A DNA stretch of 64,000 nucleotides. It comes from an uncultured bacterium. GTDB taxonomy: Bacteria; Babelota; Babeliae; Babelales; Vermiphilaceae. Under the pieces are notes generated by a model. That model was not told where the DNA came from, ran no database searches, and saw only the letters and a list, made by a program, of their open reading frames with translations. Positions within the stretch are counted from its first letter, which is position 1. Each line of letters starts with the position of its first letter. Where the stretch lies: the NCBI GenBank assembly GCA_963707655.1, contig OY970172.1, forward strand, positions 608,001 through 672,000, written 5' to 3'. Below are positions 9,670 through 19,287 of this stretch, piece after piece. The translations under genes were made by a program, and so were the position numbers.

Positions 9670-9945
9670 AAAAAACGGAGAAGGATCTAATTCTACCCGC
9701 ATAGTTTGCGTTAAAAATTCAATTTTTTTGTCCGCCTGATCATCATAGGCTTTTCTATCCGCTATTGTTGCGATAGCAAATGCATGTAATGCTGGGTCAA
9801 TACCTTCATTGAATCTGGCGGCTATGAGCTGGCAATATTTTTTTAGAGATAATTGTGAAGCTTTTTCCAATAATGATTTGTCATCATCCATAGCATGAGC
9901 ATTTAAAATAGTTATGGCTACAAGGAGCAATAATTTATTTTTCAT
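9607..9945 (-). CDS. Hypothetical secreted protein
   Basis: MKNKLLLLVAITILNAHA-MDDD signal peptide; 3' end overlaps the convergent gene. Confidence 0.55.
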   Translation of the reverse strand: MKNKLLLLVAITILNAHAMDDDKSLLEKASQLSLKKYCQLIAARFNEGIDPALHAFAIATIADRKAYDDQADKKIEFLTQTMRVELDPSPFFSIQIHHGHTPDNSQNEWPIQ

Positions 9946-10095
9946 AAAAGCTCTTCCTAAAGAAAAACAATTGAAACAATCTCGTTTCAGATTGTACCTA
10001 TCTATGATAATTTTGAAAAGAAAACATGTGTTTCTTGAAGAAGTTATTCGGGAATAGGTCTCAAGCACTTGATAATGTATAAGCTATTGAAAATA

Positions 10096-10758
10096 CTATC
10101 TCGTGACACAATAACAGCTCAGAGCAGTGAGAATAGCCCCGGTCGCAATTGCCGCCGGTTCATAATATTTTTGCAATGATGGACTCAGTTGTTGTTTCAT
10201 AAGTTCTCCATCACAAGCTTTAGAGAATGGATACCATTGAGCTAAGTCATTTGCTATACTCCCCACACAAGCCGCACCAATTCCGCCCGCAATACAACCT
10301 GTTATAGATGAATTATTTGCATTACATTCTGCTGCACAATATTTTGTTGCCAGAGCTATCGCCAGGCCACTCGCAGCTCCGCACAGACCCCCGGCAGCAC
10401 CCACAATAAATTCTTTAATAGGGGTCTTATTTTGCGGAACTTTGTCAGCACAACACATCCCCCCATCCCAAAATGATTTATATATAGTCATCCAATTATT
10501 TTTATAAAGAATCGGTTGCTTGCTTTCATCATCCCCACCAATATAGATATGACTATCTATTCCATAACACCACTTAAAAGCAGCTGCATGACCCATTTCA
10601 TGACAAAAAATGGTGATTCCGAGAATGGGGAACACAGCTAGGGCTGCAACCCCGGCCATCAAGCCCAAGCCCTTGGTCGCATCAATTTTCATATTTTCTT
10701 GAATAGGCTGAACAGTGAAACCCATTAACAACGCACCAATTATTAATATTTTTTTCAT
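10096..10758 (-). CDS. M50-family (site-2) zinc metalloprotease-like protein
   Basis: HEMGH next to a TM segment, AAGG, and NDLAQWYP..CDG resembling NxxPxxxxDG. Confidence 0.7.
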   Translation of the reverse strand: MKKILIIGALLMGFTVQPIQENMKIDATKGLGLMAGVAALAVFPILGITIFCHEMGHAAAFKWCYGIDSHIYIGGDDESKQPILYKNNWMTIYKSFWDGGMCCADKVPQNKTPIKEFIVGAAGGLCGAASGLAIALATKYCAAECNANNSSITGCIAGGIGAACVGSIANDLAQWYPFSKACDGELMKQQLSPSLQKYYEPAAIATGAILTALSCYCVTR

Positions 10759-10987
10759 TTTAAACCCTTAATTAAAATTCTATTATGAATTTAATAATAA
10801 CATTTCCATTGCCCATGTCCAGGTTGGGATTAAGGGATTGATCTATTATTCTTCGCATAAAGACGGTGACAGGAGCAACTCTCATCATTTCATCCCCTCA
10901 TTTAAAGTAGGCAAAGAGCATGACATTGCTACAAAATTCATTTACATTAAAGTTTTAAAAGAAAAATTTATATTTTGAGGATACTTC

Positions 10988-11902
10988 ATGATGTATAACA
11001 ACCTCCTGCAAGCAATTGGCAATACTCCATTGGTGAAAGTTAATTTTGGTGGTCCCGGCACTATTTATGCAAAACTTGAATACTTAAATCCGGGTGGCAG
11101 TGTAAAAGATCGCTCTGCACTTTTTATGATTGAACATGCGGAAAAAAATGGCCTTCTAAAGCCTGGCGGCACGTTGATTGACGCTTCTTCCGGCAATCAA
11201 GGCATTGCAGTAGCCATGATTGGCGCACTCAAAGGATACAAAGTAATTATTACCGTATCTGAGAAGATCAGCAAAGAAAAAATGGATACACTCAGAGCCT
11301 ATGGCGCACAAGTAGTTGTGTGTCCGGCCACCGCTTTGATTGACGACGCGCAAAGCTATCATACCCAGGCAAAAGCACTCCATGAGCAAACCCCCAATTC
11401 ATTTATGCCTAATCAATATTACAATCCCGTAAATGCGGTAGCTCATTATAGCTTATTGGGGCCGGAAATTTGGCGTCAAACTGATGGCAAAATTACCCAT
11501 TTTTTTGCCGGCGCAGGGACAACAGGCACGGTAAGTGGTGTTGGCCGCTATCTTAAAGAACAAAATCCCGCTATCAAAGTCTTTGCCCTTGATTCAATTA
11601 ATTCATTCAGAGCTACCGGGGGCAACCCTAAACCCTACAAGCTTGAGGGGTTGGGGATGGATTTTGAAACGCCGGTGTTTAACCCAAAAGTTGTTGATGA
11701 AATTATCACCGTCTCAGATGATCATGCTATTGAAATGCTCTCAACCCTGGCGCGCAAACATGGTCTTTTGGTCGGGCCAAGCAGCGGTGCCGTAGCCTGG
11801 GCAGCTGCTCAAAAAGCAGCCCAATTGAAAGAAAATGACATCGCCGTCATGATCTTTGGTGATTCGGGCCGTGCATACCTTACCAAAGGATTTTATTCTT
11901 GA
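10988..11902 (+). CDS. cysK: Cysteine synthase / cystathionine beta-synthase family PLP enzyme
   Basis: IGNTPLV, AKLEYLNPGGSVKDR, SSGNQG, GTTGT, GPSSGA. Confidence 0.9.
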   Translation: MMYNNLLQAIGNTPLVKVNFGGPGTIYAKLEYLNPGGSVKDRSALFMIEHAEKNGLLKPGGTLIDASSGNQGIAVAMIGALKGYKVIITVSEKISKEKMDTLRAYGAQVVVCPATALIDDAQSYHTQAKALHEQTPNSFMPNQYYNPVNAVAHYSLLGPEIWRQTDGKITHFFAGAGTTGTVSGVGRYLKEQNPAIKVFALDSINSFRATGGNPKPYKLEGLGMDFETPVFNPKVVDEIITVSDDHAIEMLSTLARKHGLLVGPSSGAVAWAAAQKAAQLKENDIAVMIFGDSGRAYLTKGFYS

Positions 11903-12023
11903 TGGGTAAATAGGTTTTGCCACTTACCACCTCTGATTATTTTCAAGTTGAAAAAAATACATGAGCTGATATACTTATCATAAGTAACTTAATTAAATGG
12001 AGGTTATTATGAAAAACAAATTA
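11902..12023 (+). repeat. Duplicated promoter/RBS/leader block, copy 1 (copy 2 at ~12493-12615)
   Basis: Both copies read ATGGGTAAATAGGT...TTGAAA-16-TATACT...TAAGTA...AATGGAGG...ATGAAxAACAAATTA. Confidence 0.75.
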
Positions 12024-12476
12024 CTCTTATTGGGTTTAACCCTATTCACCGTTCCTGTTATGCAGGCAAATGTTTTTACCAGAGCATGTGCTACAATCTT
12101 GAAATCCGGTACCAAATTCACCTTTTTCGGTACTGCGGGATTAGTGGGCAGCCATTACCAGCTCTTGCTAGAAGCGAAAAATGATTTTTTATTCTACAAG
12201 ATGCATAATAGGCTAAACCAACATGAAGAAAGAATCTCATCATTAGAATATAGAGTGCAGCAACTAGAGACAGGAAAGCCTGCTCAGGTTGGGCAACCTA
12301 AACCACAAATTGCTGACAATAATATGGGCAAAAAATTCTGGCAATGGGGAGAATCCCTCGTGACCGAAGAAAATGTTGCACTCGTAACGGCAAACATAGA
12401 AGCAATAAAATATAGCGGCCAGAAATATGGGGAACGCTTCGTTGATGCAGTAACCCAAAGGCCAAAAAAATTATAA
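12009..12476 (+). CDS. Hypothetical secreted protein with short coiled coil
   Basis: GGAGG RBS; signal peptide MKNKLLLLGLTLFTVPVMQA. Confidence 0.7.
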   Translation: MKNKLLLLGLTLFTVPVMQANVFTRACATILKSGTKFTFFGTAGLVGSHYQLLLEAKNDFLFYKMHNRLNQHEERISSLEYRVQQLETGKPAQVGQPKPQIADNNMGKKFWQWGESLVTEENVALVTANIEAIKYSGQKYGERFVDAVTQRPKKL

Positions 12477-12492
12477 AAATCCTTTATCCTTA

Positions 12493-12615
12493 ATGGGTAA
12501 ATAGGTCGTGCTATGCCACTCTGCTTATTTCAAATTGAAAAAAATATGCGAATTGGTATACTTGCTATAAGTAGATTAATGATTAATGGAGGATCTAAAT
12601 ATGAATAACAAATTA
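12493..12615 (+). repeat. Duplicated promoter/RBS/leader block, copy 2
   Basis: See copy 1; TTGAAA at 12535, TATACT at 12557. Confidence 0.75.
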
Positions 12616-13248
12616 ATAACTATCCTTTTAGGATTAACCTTTTTACTCACCCCAAAAGCTGAAGCTATGGGCGGGGTAGCAGCGCGATATCTCTTAGGCG
12701 GCGGTGCCGCAGGAGCTGTCGGCGCAGGGTTACAATATGCGCTTAATAATTATTTGCCATTGCTCGCTCCTGCAGTACAAGCAGCAGCTCCGGCAGCAGC
12801 GCCAGTAATCAATGTTATGATGCCCGCAGCAGCGCCAATCGCAGCTTCAGGCTTTATGGCAAAAGTACTCGGTGGTGCCCTTGTTCCCCTAGCGTACGGA
12901 TGCTGGACATATAGAATGGAAATTGCGCTCGCCGCAACAGAACTAAAAAATAATGCGATCTTATGGTGGCACAATAACAGAATCACAGACTTGGAACGAA
13001 AAGCCAAAAACCAAGCTGACCAGATCGTAGAGCAAGAGGATAGGCTCGCGCAACAAGAAGCGCGCCAAGAAGAACAAGCGGTACAGATTGCTCAGCTCCG
13101 TGAAGATCATGAACAACTTAATAATAGAGTCGTGCAGTTGACTGCAGTGGTAAGTGAGGTTCAAGGACAAAATCCTGCCTGGTACCAAAGAATTAGACAA
13201 ATATTTAATCGCGTTGTAGGCAACAATAACCAAGCCCAACAAGTATAA
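12601..13248 (+). CDS. Hypothetical secreted Ala-rich/coiled-coil protein
   Basis: Signal peptide ending AEA-M; Ala/Gly-rich hydrophobic region; heptad-rich C-terminus. Confidence 0.75.
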   Translation: MNNKLITILLGLTFLLTPKAEAMGGVAARYLLGGGAAGAVGAGLQYALNNYLPLLAPAVQAAAPAAAPVINVMMPAAAPIAASGFMAKVLGGALVPLAYGCWTYRMEIALAATELKNNAILWWHNNRITDLERKAKNQADQIVEQEDRLAQQEARQEEQAVQIAQLREDHEQLNNRVVQLTAVVSEVQGQNPAWYQRIRQIFNRVVGNNNQAQQV

Positions 13249-13274
13249 ATACCTACCTCCTTAATTAATCAAGC

Positions 13275-13307
13275 AAAAAAGCTCGCCGTAAAAAAGCGAG
13301 CTTTTTT
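13275..13307. terminator. Bidirectional intrinsic terminator
   Basis: AAAAAAGCTCGC-9 nt-GCGAGCTTTTTT between convergent genes. Confidence 0.85.
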
Positions 13308-13350
13308 CTGTCCAAATTTTATAGAGCCTTGTTTTTTGGATGGGGCTTTC

Positions 13351-13818
13351 TTAATGCACTGTTTCTGCTGCGTCTATCAAATCAGCAATATCTTTTAGGT
13401 GGTTATTTTTTGCAATATCACGTGCCGTTTCACCATATTTATTTTTGATTGCCGTGTTTGCTCCTGCAGCTAAAAGCAGAGCAACAGTCTTTTTATGATG
13501 CTCTCTTGCTGCATCCATTAAAGGAGTGTAACCTTCCTTGGCATCTTGAGCGTCCATGGCACCACCAGCGATCAAAAGCAATTTAACTATTTCTGTATGC
13601 CCTTGCATTGCCGCATCATGCAATGGAATAAAGCCGCGCGCGTCGATTTTATTAACGTCCACTCCTGCTTTAATAAGCTCACGCACTTTTTCTACGCGAT
13701 TTTCAAATGCAGCGGTGTGCAATGCACTTATTTCTAATCCATCTGAATCAGCATGCTCTGCCCAACGAGTAAGTTTGCGCGCAGATATTGCCTGCCTTGA
13801 ATCATTTTTTCGCGACAT
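13351..13818 (-). CDS. Ankyrin repeat protein
   Basis: ALHTAA, GFIPLHDAA, GYTPLMDAA, GETARDIA. Confidence 0.93.
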   Translation of the reverse strand: MSRKNDSRQAISARKLTRWAEHADSDGLEISALHTAAFENRVEKVRELIKAGVDVNKIDARGFIPLHDAAMQGHTEIVKLLLIAGGAMDAQDAKEGYTPLMDAAREHHKKTVALLLAAGANTAIKNKYGETARDIAKNNHLKDIADLIDAAETVH

Positions 13819-13830
13819 AACACACTCTCG

Positions 13831-14781
13831 CTATAAGTATTCTTCTAACACCGTTAATTCTATTGGCTCCGGCTTTACACAATAACCGCCGGGCATAATG
13901 GGTGAGCCAAGAGAATTGGCAACATCATAATCATGTATGAATGATACGGGTGTTGCATATATTTGTGTATACCCCTGCGCTTTTAATTGTTCAAACGCAC
14001 GGTCAATATGCGTTCCGCCTGCCAGAGCAACTATTACCCCTTTATCCGCAGCATGGATTATGCTATGCACCAGGGCGCAATCAACCAAGCCGCTATCAAA
14101 GGTTAATAACTTCTTCAGCGTAAGCAATCGGTTACTGCGCTGAGTAATCTTTTCAAAATATGCAGCACTGCTCAATGCATTATGCTCTTGCAAACGCAAT
14201 GCATGCATGCTCTTTTTTACCTCAGCACAATTTTCTTTGTACCAACGATTGAGTGCTGATCCATCATCGTAGCTCAAGATTTTTTGCATCATCTGCTGCA
14301 CTTCATCAATCAATGAATAGATTCTAATAGCACACGCAGGTTGCGATATGTAAGAACTTTGGTCCAACTGGCGCAGCAAGCCCCCTAATGATATCACTCG
14401 ACAATATCGATACTCTATATTTTCTGCGTCAAGACCCAGCGCTATGCACTCTTTTGTTAAACTTGCCAAAATACCACGATTTGAATTGAGCCAAAATTGT
14501 TTGTGCCCATAACTACCACTATTATTCGGCGAGCTTAAGTCTTCTAAAATGATCTTCATTGATTGGTTTTGTTTAGCTAATAGATGAGTAATATAGGTTC
14601 TTTGGGCGCTATTTGCCTCGTGCATTTTATCATGAAAATCGCTACACCCTATAATAATTTTGTGCTCTTGCGCCGCCTCATCCCACGCGCGCAATATCTT
14701 TACTTCATAAATATAGCTCTTGATGGGAGACGAAAAGCAGAGAAAAATGCCACCACATAAGGCAAAAAATAGCTTTACCAC
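13831..14781 (-). CDS. Secreted hypothetical protein, paralog family A
   Basis: Signal peptide; SDFH, ILED, NIEYR, SYDDG..LNRWY, AGGTH. Confidence 0.75.
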   Translation of the reverse strand: MVKLFFALCGGIFLCFSSPIKSYIYEVKILRAWDEAAQEHKIIIGCSDFHDKMHEANSAQRTYITHLLAKQNQSMKIILEDLSSPNNSGSYGHKQFWLNSNRGILASLTKECIALGLDAENIEYRYCRVISLGGLLRQLDQSSYISQPACAIRIYSLIDEVQQMMQKILSYDDGSALNRWYKENCAEVKKSMHALRLQEHNALSSAAYFEKITQRSNRLLTLKKLLTFDSGLVDCALVHSIIHAADKGVIVALAGGTHIDRAFEQLKAQGYTQIYATPVSFIHDYDVANSLGSPIMPGGYCVKPEPIELTVLEEYL

Positions 14782-14940
14782 AGCACTTCTCCTTTTACAT
14801 AGATATAGGTTTCTCCTTTTTATTTTATTACATGTTGAAATATTTTATCAACATTATAAATTAAAATAATCTAAAAATGCCATACAAAAAGAAAGCGTGG
14901 GATGAAAAATGGAGATGTAGAGAAGCGTATTAACTGTCAA

Positions 14941-14991
14941 ATCCAGCCTTCGCTTATTCCGGGCATTCAGGCTCGGTAAGCTTCGGCGGAT
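14941..14991. repeat. Palindromic (REP/RPE-like) element, intergenic copy
   Basis: ATCCAGCCTTCGCTTATTCCGGGCATTCAGGCTCGGTAAGCTTCGGCGGAT; homologous to 36821-36870; folds into a long hairpin. Confidence 0.8.
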
Positions 14992-15070
14992 AGCCGACAA
15001 TTCTCGCTATAAATGGCAATTATTTTCCTCAGCAGACAATTTGAATCCTTAGCAAATCTTGGCATAGGCT

Positions 15071-15168
15071 AAAAAAATACCCCCACCCAGACAGAACGTC
15101 ACGGATAGGGGAAATGGAGGTTATCAAGGTAAAATGTGTGCTGCTTTAACTGATCATTTGCATGATCA
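15071..15168 (-). ncRNA. Candidate small RNA with anti-Shine-Dalgarno segment
   Basis: Minus-strand TTGACG-16-AATAAT promoter (15196-15169), internal AUAACCUCCAUUU, GC-rich hairpin 15080-15111 followed by U7. Confidence 0.45.
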
Positions 15169-15268
15169 ATTATTACTGATAGGTAGTCTACGTCAAGATT
15201 TGGCAAAAATCAAATTTTTATCTTTCAGCTCTCTAGCAACACCTACCAAAAAAGTGATTTGATCGTTA

Positions 15269-16855
15269 TTAAGCCTTATTATTCAACCTTTTTTTATCAA
15301 TTTTGCCCGTCGCCGTAAGCGGCAAAGATTCAGTAGTGCACACAAAAGAACGCGGTATTTTGTAGGGGGCCAAATTTTTTCTACACAACTCCTGTAGCTC
15401 TTGCTCTAAAGTGGGAGTTATTTCACGCACTTGTACATAGGCAACGGGAACTTGGCCAACCGCTTTATCTTCGCGCCCAATAACTGCCACACGTATCACT
15501 AAAGGGTGACTCATGATCACATTTTCAATCTCTTGGGGATAAATTTTTATTCCCTTGCTAGCAATAACATCTTTCAATCGCCCGGTAATAACTAAACGGT
15601 CCTGTTCGTCAAAATAGACCATATCACCGGTATTGAACCAGCCATCTCTCAATACCAATTCAGTTGCCTCCGGTGCATTATAATAGCCAAGCATAATATT
15701 ATCTCCCTTTACCCAGAGCTCTCCAATAGAACCGGCGGGTAATGGCTGGCCCTGCTCGTCTCTAACTTGAGCCTGAATGCCTACAACAAGGGGTCCCACG
15801 GTGGGCGCAGAAGCTGCTTCATCTTCCAGATGTGCTGATATTAAAGGAGAGGTCTCCGTTAATCCATAGCCACTACAAATCTTTCTGCGATAAACGAGCT
15901 CAAAACCGGCACAAATCTTGTCTTGCAATGCATCACCACCGGAAACAAAGTATTTGACCGAATCAAGTGGCGCATTTTTAAGCAAAACAAGCAAACCGTA
16001 TAATGCCGGAACACCCAAAAATATGGTTGGTTCATGGCGTAATCCTTCCAGCAAATAGCGGCGCTCAATACGCGGCACCACAATTACTGTTGAGCTGGTA
16101 AAAAATGCACCCCAAATGCACGCGAATTGTGCAAAGCTATGAAACAAGGGCAAAATACCGAGCAGGCGCTCACCCGGCAAAAGACCCAATTTTAAACGAG
16201 ATATACCTTGAATAACATTGGTTATCGCATTTTTCGAACTGATCATCACTCCTTTAGGAAAGCCAGTTGTTCCTGAAGTATAGAGCAGCGCAGCCATTTC
16301 ATCCGGCTCCAGATCGACAACTTCAAAAGAATCCGCTTCTTGTTCAGATGCCGCAGCGGGAAAATCTGTGAGCCTAATTAAAGGAAGATCAGAGGAATAA
16401 TTGTTGTCTTTCAGACGCGCATGCAACTCATCAGAAACAATCATAAGACGCGGTTGTGAATCGGCAATAATGTGCACAACTTCAGGCTCTGTTAAAAAAA
16501 CATTTAAAGGGGCAACCACCGCACCCAGTTGCGCAATGGCAAAATAAGCAACATAAAATTCAATTGAGTTTTCCCAAAAGAGCAGCACGCGATCTTTTTT
16601 CTGCACACCGCGCTCTTTTAAAAGCCTACTTAACGCCACTGAGCGCGCATAAAGATCATGATAGGAAATCGATTGACCCTTGTACACCAAAGCGATATGC
16701 GCTGGAGATAAAAATGCTGCTCGTTGCAATAAACGCCCAATAGAGAGCAACTTATTATTAAACAATGAAGCAGCATATAAAACATCAAACAACTGTTGCT
16801 CGGAAAGCCCCTCGTTAAGGACACTCGCATCGGGCATGGGAGGATATAGAGTCAT
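15269..16855 (-). CDS. fadD: Long-chain fatty acid-CoA ligase (AMP-binding)
   Basis: YTSGTTGFPKG, GYGLTE, WFNTGD, GKIDK. Confidence 0.88.
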   Translation of the reverse strand: MTLYPPMPDASVLNEGLSEQQLFDVLYAASLFNNKLLSIGRLLQRAAFLSPAHIALVYKGQSISYHDLYARSVALSRLLKERGVQKKDRVLLFWENSIEFYVAYFAIAQLGAVVAPLNVFLTEPEVVHIIADSQPRLMIVSDELHARLKDNNYSSDLPLIRLTDFPAAASEQEADSFEVVDLEPDEMAALLYTSGTTGFPKGVMISSKNAITNVIQGISRLKLGLLPGERLLGILPLFHSFAQFACIWGAFFTSSTVIVVPRIERRYLLEGLRHEPTIFLGVPALYGLLVLLKNAPLDSVKYFVSGGDALQDKICAGFELVYRRKICSGYGLTETSPLISAHLEDEAASAPTVGPLVVGIQAQVRDEQGQPLPAGSIGELWVKGDNIMLGYYNAPEATELVLRDGWFNTGDMVYFDEQDRLVITGRLKDVIASKGIKIYPQEIENVIMSHPLVIRVAVIGREDKAVGQVPVAYVQVREITPTLEQELQELCRKNLAPYKIPRSFVCTTESLPLTATGKIDKKRLNNKA

Positions 16856-16873
16856 TTTTTTACCGTTCCTTTT

Positions 16874-17059
16874 TTATTCTTCATATTCTATAACCTGCAC
16901 GGGACATCCTCGTGCAGCTTCTTTTATACTATCATTACAGCGAGCTATTGGCGCATCTTTTTTAACACGCGAAAGATCAGTCACTTCAAAAATTTCAGGC
17001 GCTATAAATTCACATAACCCACAGGTAATGCACCCCGGCTCTATGCTTACTTTTTTCAT
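16874..17059 (-). CDS. Single-cluster ferredoxin
   Basis: CITCGLCEFIAP...GCPVQVI. Confidence 0.88.
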   Translation of the reverse strand: MKKVSIEPGCITCGLCEFIAPEIFEVTDLSRVKKDAPIARCNDSIKEAARGCPVQVIEYEE

Positions 17060-17176
17060 GAAAAATTCCCTCGCGGCGATACTGTTTTTTATGTATACTA
17101 TAACAACAAAAAAGAGAAAAAAACATGACATAAAAACTCTACGTCATGTGTACCATTTATGATAAGGCTTTTAACC

Positions 17177-17824
17177 ATGACAGCATTAAAAAAAGGATTA
17201 TTGATCTCTATCGAAGGGATCGATGGATCGGGAAAAAGCACACTCGCTGCTGCTCTTGTTAAAACATTGTCATTGGCCGGTCTGCCAATACTATTAACCA
17301 AAGAACCGGGAGCTACGCAACTGGGCACTATCTTACGCGCACTCGTTCAAAAAAAAGAGATGCCTATTTGTTCAAAGGCTGAATATCTTTTATTTGCCGC
17401 TGACAGAGCGCAACATTTTGAACAGATAATTATTCCTGCGCTTGCGCAAGGCAAAATTATTATTTCAGATCGCATGGCCGATTCATCGCTCGTGTACCAG
17501 GGCTATGGACGCGGCCTTGAAAAAGAGATGATCACCACTATTAATAAATGGACAATGAATCACGTTGTTCCCGATCTGACCATTTATGTAAAAGTAACTG
17601 CACAAACGGCTTTTAAGCGCATTATACAAAGAAATGCGGAATTTACCTCATTTGAAAAAGAACAGACAGAGTTTATTGAACGGCTCATCATTGGTTTTGA
17701 TGAAATCTTTAAAGCACGCGCCAATACTCTCTGGTGCGATGGAGAGCAAGGGGCAGAACAAATTAGCAACCATGCAACGCAAAGTATTCTTTCATGGATT
17801 ACCAATCAACAACCAACGCCGTAG
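17177..17824 (+). CDS. tmk: Thymidylate kinase
   Basis: IEGIDGSGKST, KEPG, LLFAADRAQH, SDR..SS..YQG. Confidence 0.96.
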   Translation: MTALKKGLLISIEGIDGSGKSTLAAALVKTLSLAGLPILLTKEPGATQLGTILRALVQKKEMPICSKAEYLLFAADRAQHFEQIIIPALAQGKIIISDRMADSSLVYQGYGRGLEKEMITTINKWTMNHVVPDLTIYVKVTAQTAFKRIIQRNAEFTSFEKEQTEFIERLIIGFDEIFKARANTLWCDGEQGAEQISNHATQSILSWITNQQPTP

Positions 17825-18570
17825 CGCCAACGGCTACTCATCGAGTACCCGCTTATTTATGGCTGGGCAATCATGACTTTTTAGTGCAAAAAACAAAGAA
17901 TTTCTTGCGCGCTATGTTCTGCGCATCAGATGCATGCACCCTCTGCAGCGTATGCCGCAAAATTGAAGAAGAACAGCATCACGCGGCGCTCTGGCTCGCA
18001 CCGGAAAAAGAACTCTACACGCTTGAGCAGATAGAGCTCATACATAGCACCATTGCCTATAAGCTTGCTGATGGTGAACATTATTTTTTCATAGTACAAA
18101 AAGCTGACAGCCTTTCACCGCTTTGCGCCAACAGTCTGCTAAAATCTATTGAAGAACCCCCTGCCGGCTACCACTTCATCTTGCTTGCCGAGCGGGCTGA
18201 TATGATAGTACCCACCATACGTTCACGCTGCCAAACAGAAGCTCATTATGGCAATGCCGCACCGGCGATACATCCATTATTAAGATTTTTTTACTCGAGA
18301 GAGAATAATGATTCAATAGCTTTTTTGAAAGAAATTGAGAGTAACAAAATTGGCGAGCAGGAAAGCCTGCAATTGCTTGATGCTTTGTTATATTACTGGA
18401 TCGAAGAAGCAAAAAAAGCGATCATCAACAATCAGCGCAAAGAATATTTACACGCATGCACAGTGATCGAAACAATGAAACAAACATTTTTAAAACCGCC
18501 AATGCCCGGCAGCAGCAAGTTGTTTTGGAAGAATCTGTTTTTACAATTTCATACTGGTACCTGCAGCTAA
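17794..18570 (+). CDS. holB: DNA polymerase III delta' subunit
   Basis: Zn cluster C..ACTLCSVC, ANSLLKSIEEPP, PTIRSRC; follows tmk. Confidence 0.88.
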   Translation: MDYQSTTNAVAPTATHRVPAYLWLGNHDFLVQKTKNFLRAMFCASDACTLCSVCRKIEEEQHHAALWLAPEKELYTLEQIELIHSTIAYKLADGEHYFFIVQKADSLSPLCANSLLKSIEEPPAGYHFILLAERADMIVPTIRSRCQTEAHYGNAAPAIHPLLRFFYSRENNDSIAFLKEIESNKIGEQESLQLLDALLYYWIEEAKKAIINNQRKEYLHACTVIETMKQTFLKPPMPGSSKLFWKNLFLQFHTGTCS

Positions 18571-18589
18571 ACTCGGCAGCAATGCCCAT

Positions 18590-19168
18590 TCATTTCTTGG
18601 AAACCCACCGATTTCCGGCAATATAAAAACGCCACAGTTTATCTTGCGCTTTTGATATGCCAACGCGCTTAGAAGTGACCATCGTAAAATCTTGCTCCTG
18701 CGGGTGAGTAATCAGATACAACGGCCCGCGATGCGTGACATCGTGACCATATAATGCAGGCGTGATATCTAATGCTTCGCTCAATTTCCCCGGTCCGTTG
18801 GTCAAATTTTGAGCAACAGTAGTGCCGCGATAGTGTTGCATGATCTCGATTCCTTGCAAAGGCTCAAGAGCACGAATCAGTACCCCGCCAGCAGGAGTGC
18901 TGCTTTCACGCGCTACTAAATTTAAACAATAATGAGTATGAATGGTATAAATATACGCATGACCCGGCGCGCCAAATAATGCGCGATTGCGATTGGTTTG
19001 TTTATCAAAGGCGTGAGAAGCCTCATCGCCAAATTCATACGCTTCGGTTTCAACAATCATTCCCGTCACGCGCTGATCATTAATCACGCGTACTACTACT
19101 TTTCCCAACAATTCCTGGGCAACTTCAACGGTATTTCGTGCATAAAATGAGCGGGTAAGAATGGTCAT
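18590..19168 (-). CDS. mpg: DNA-3-methyladenine glycosylase (MPG/AAG family)
   Basis: VAQELLGK, IVETEAY, GVLIRALEP, LTNGPGKL, RVGI, WRFY. Confidence 0.93.
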   Translation of the reverse strand: MTILTRSFYARNTVEVAQELLGKVVVRVINDQRVTGMIVETEAYEFGDEASHAFDKQTNRNRALFGAPGHAYIYTIHTHYCLNLVARESSTPAGGVLIRALEPLQGIEIMQHYRGTTVAQNLTNGPGKLSEALDITPALYGHDVTHRGPLYLITHPQEQDFTMVTSKRVGISKAQDKLWRFYIAGNRWVSKK

Positions 19169-19287
19169 AAACTTCAGTAATTTTTAAAAAAATATCTGTG
19201 TTTTAGAAAAAATAGTGCTATTTTCTTGATAGATTACTATAGTACAATGAATAAAAAAGTGAAGCAAGCAAAAAAGGGGTAGCACGC

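Noticed and set aside
15134..15262. 42-codon plus-strand ORF (MCAALTDH...) after GGAGG
   Set aside because: RBS spacing is long (about 13 nt), the product is unrecognisable, and the promoter and terminator signals point to the minus strand; kept only as an alternative
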